Source of the DNA: Archangium sp. | GTDB lineage: Bacteria > Myxococcota > Myxococcia > Myxococcales > Myxococcaceae | Direction of reading: 5' to 3' | DNA: 23,904 nt | Assembly: GCA_031367385.1 (NCBI GenBank) | Contig: JANLPS010000360.1 | Location: 1 to 23,904, forward strand | Part shown: positions 22,846 through 23,904 of the stretch, one piece after another | Layout: every line of letters begins with the position of its first letter | How positions within the stretch are numbered: the stretch's first letter is position 1 | Program-made: the position numbers and the translations under genes | The notes under the pieces: model-generated | Told to the model about the DNA's origin: nothing | Seen by the model: only the letters and a program-made list of their open reading frames with translations | The model's database searches: none

Positions 22846-23763
22846 ATGCCAACGCTCGCGGCCCGCCTCGAAGAGAGCCAACGACGTCACGGCGCTTTCT
22901 TGTGGGGCCTCTGCTACCGAATGACCGGCGTCGCGGCCGATGCCGATGAGCTGGTGCAAGAAACCTGGGTCAGGGCGATGAGCGCTCCGCCGGCGAGGCT
23001 CGATCTGCCCCTCGAGCCGTGGCTGACCCGCGTCGCGATGAACCTGGCGACTGACCGGCTGCGGCAGCGCAAGCAAGAGCAGTACATCGGCCCCTGGTTG
23101 CCCTCGCCGATTGACACCGAGGCCATCTCGCTCAGCGCTCCGGCGACCGCGCGGTACGAATGTCTCGAGAGCGTGAGCTTCGCGTTCTTGTTGGCGCTCG
23201 AGGTGCTGACGCCGACCCAGCGAGCGGTGCTGGTGCTGCGAGATGTCTTCGATGTGCCGGTCGCCCAGACCGCCGAGCTGCTCGAGCTGAGCGAATCGAA
23301 CGTGAAGACGACCCACCACCGGGCGCGCGCCCTGCTCGAGGGCTACGACGCGAACCGGGTGGTGGTGAACCCCGACACGCAGCGGAGGTCGCGTGAGGCG
23401 CTCGAGGCGTTCTTCGCCGCGTTGATCAGCGGTGACATGGCGGCGATGACGACCCTTCTTCGCGATGACGTGAAGATCATCAACGATGGCGCTGGGCAGT
23501 ACTCCGCGGCGCGAAAGATCATCGTCGGCCGCGAGCAGGTGGTGCGATTTCAGCAGCGGCTCATCGAGCTTCGCGGTGTGCCCGAGCACTACGTGGTGCG
23601 AATGATCAACGGCATGCCAGGCGTGCTGATGACCTTCGCGCAGAGCAAGCACAAGGAGCCCCCGAGATCGACCGCGAGCGCGCTGCTCGACGCAGAGGGC
23701 CGCATCATGGCGCTGATCAGCACCGTGGCCGATCGCAAGCTGACCCACGTCTCGTTTGTCTGA
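22846..23763 (+). CDS. ECF RNA polymerase sigma factor, ECF41/SigJ-type with C-terminal SnoaL-like extension
   Basis: Region 2 YRMTG...DADELVQETWVRA; linker YIGPWLPSP; region 4 LEVLTPTQRAVLVLRDVFD...HRAR; SnoaL-like tail with NDGAG, INGMPG and ADRKL. Lies directly downstream of an oxidoreductase. Confidence 0.9.
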   Translation: MPTLAARLEESQRRHGAFLWGLCYRMTGVAADADELVQETWVRAMSAPPARLDLPLEPWLTRVAMNLATDRLRQRKQEQYIGPWLPSPIDTEAISLSAPATARYECLESVSFAFLLALEVLTPTQRAVLVLRDVFDVPVAQTAELLELSESNVKTTHHRARALLEGYDANRVVVNPDTQRRSREALEAFFAALISGDMAAMTTLLRDDVKIINDGAGQYSAARKIIVGREQVVRFQQRLIELRGVPEHYVVRMINGMPGVLMTFAQSKHKEPPRSTASALLDAEGRIMALISTVADRKLTHVSFV

Positions 23764-23904
23764 AAGGGTGCACGATCGATTTCAGCGGTTTGACGCACGG
23801 CGTTTCTTAAACATTGGGAGCTTTTTGACCTTGGGCCCGTGCCTCCCGGCCCAATGAATCGCCCCGTAGAATCGCTCTGCGCCTGCGGTGCGGTAGGCGG
23901 CACG

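Noticed and set aside
23764..23904. Hairpin TTGGGCC/GGCCCAA (23831-23854) and TAGAAT (23867-23872) as a terminator or promoter
   Set aside because: TTGACC lies 36 nt from TAGAAT, which is the wrong spacing, and the downstream gene is outside the window, so it cannot be assessed.
1..23904. CRISPR arrays, tRNA/rRNA, IS elements, prophage or defence-island genes
   Set aside because: I saw no regularly spaced repeats, cloverleaf with T-loop consensus, transposase/integrase motifs or low-GC island.

Overview
A GC-rich, densely coded chromosomal window with about 21 CDSs. It is almost certainly from a myxobacterium (Myxococcota); this is inferred from the TIGR02996-type domain, TPR/PEGA proteins, FHA protein and Cys-rich lipoproteins with D-[AG]-G linkers. 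I found no rRNA, tRNA, CRISPR array, integrase or transposase. Gene order: two small EF-hand-like proteins; a TIGR02996-domain protein with a probable frameshift near its 3' end; a minus-strand run of cupin, MBL-fold hydrolase, M43 zinc-metalloprotease lipoprotein and secreted Xaa-Pro aminopeptidase; a TPR/PEGA protein paired with a vWA lipoprotein; an orphan hybrid histidine kinase divergent from an FHA protein; an EEP nuclease/phosphatase with a lamin-tail domain; a split PTS locus (mannose-family EIIB divergent from lipoprotein-ptsI-DUF2252); a TolB/PD40-like lipoprotein carrying a CxxCH motif and two knottin-like Cys domains; a class II glutamine amidotransferase; a PEGA protein; and an FAD oxidoreductase with an ECF41/SigJ-type sigma factor. 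The strongest leads are the possible heme-c beta-propeller/knottin lipoprotein, the translationally coupled lipoprotein-EI-DUF2252 unit, the TPR-PEGA/vWA module, the D-[AG]-G motif concentrated in exported proteins, and signs of leaderless transcription. All family calls come from motif recognition by eye; no database search was run.
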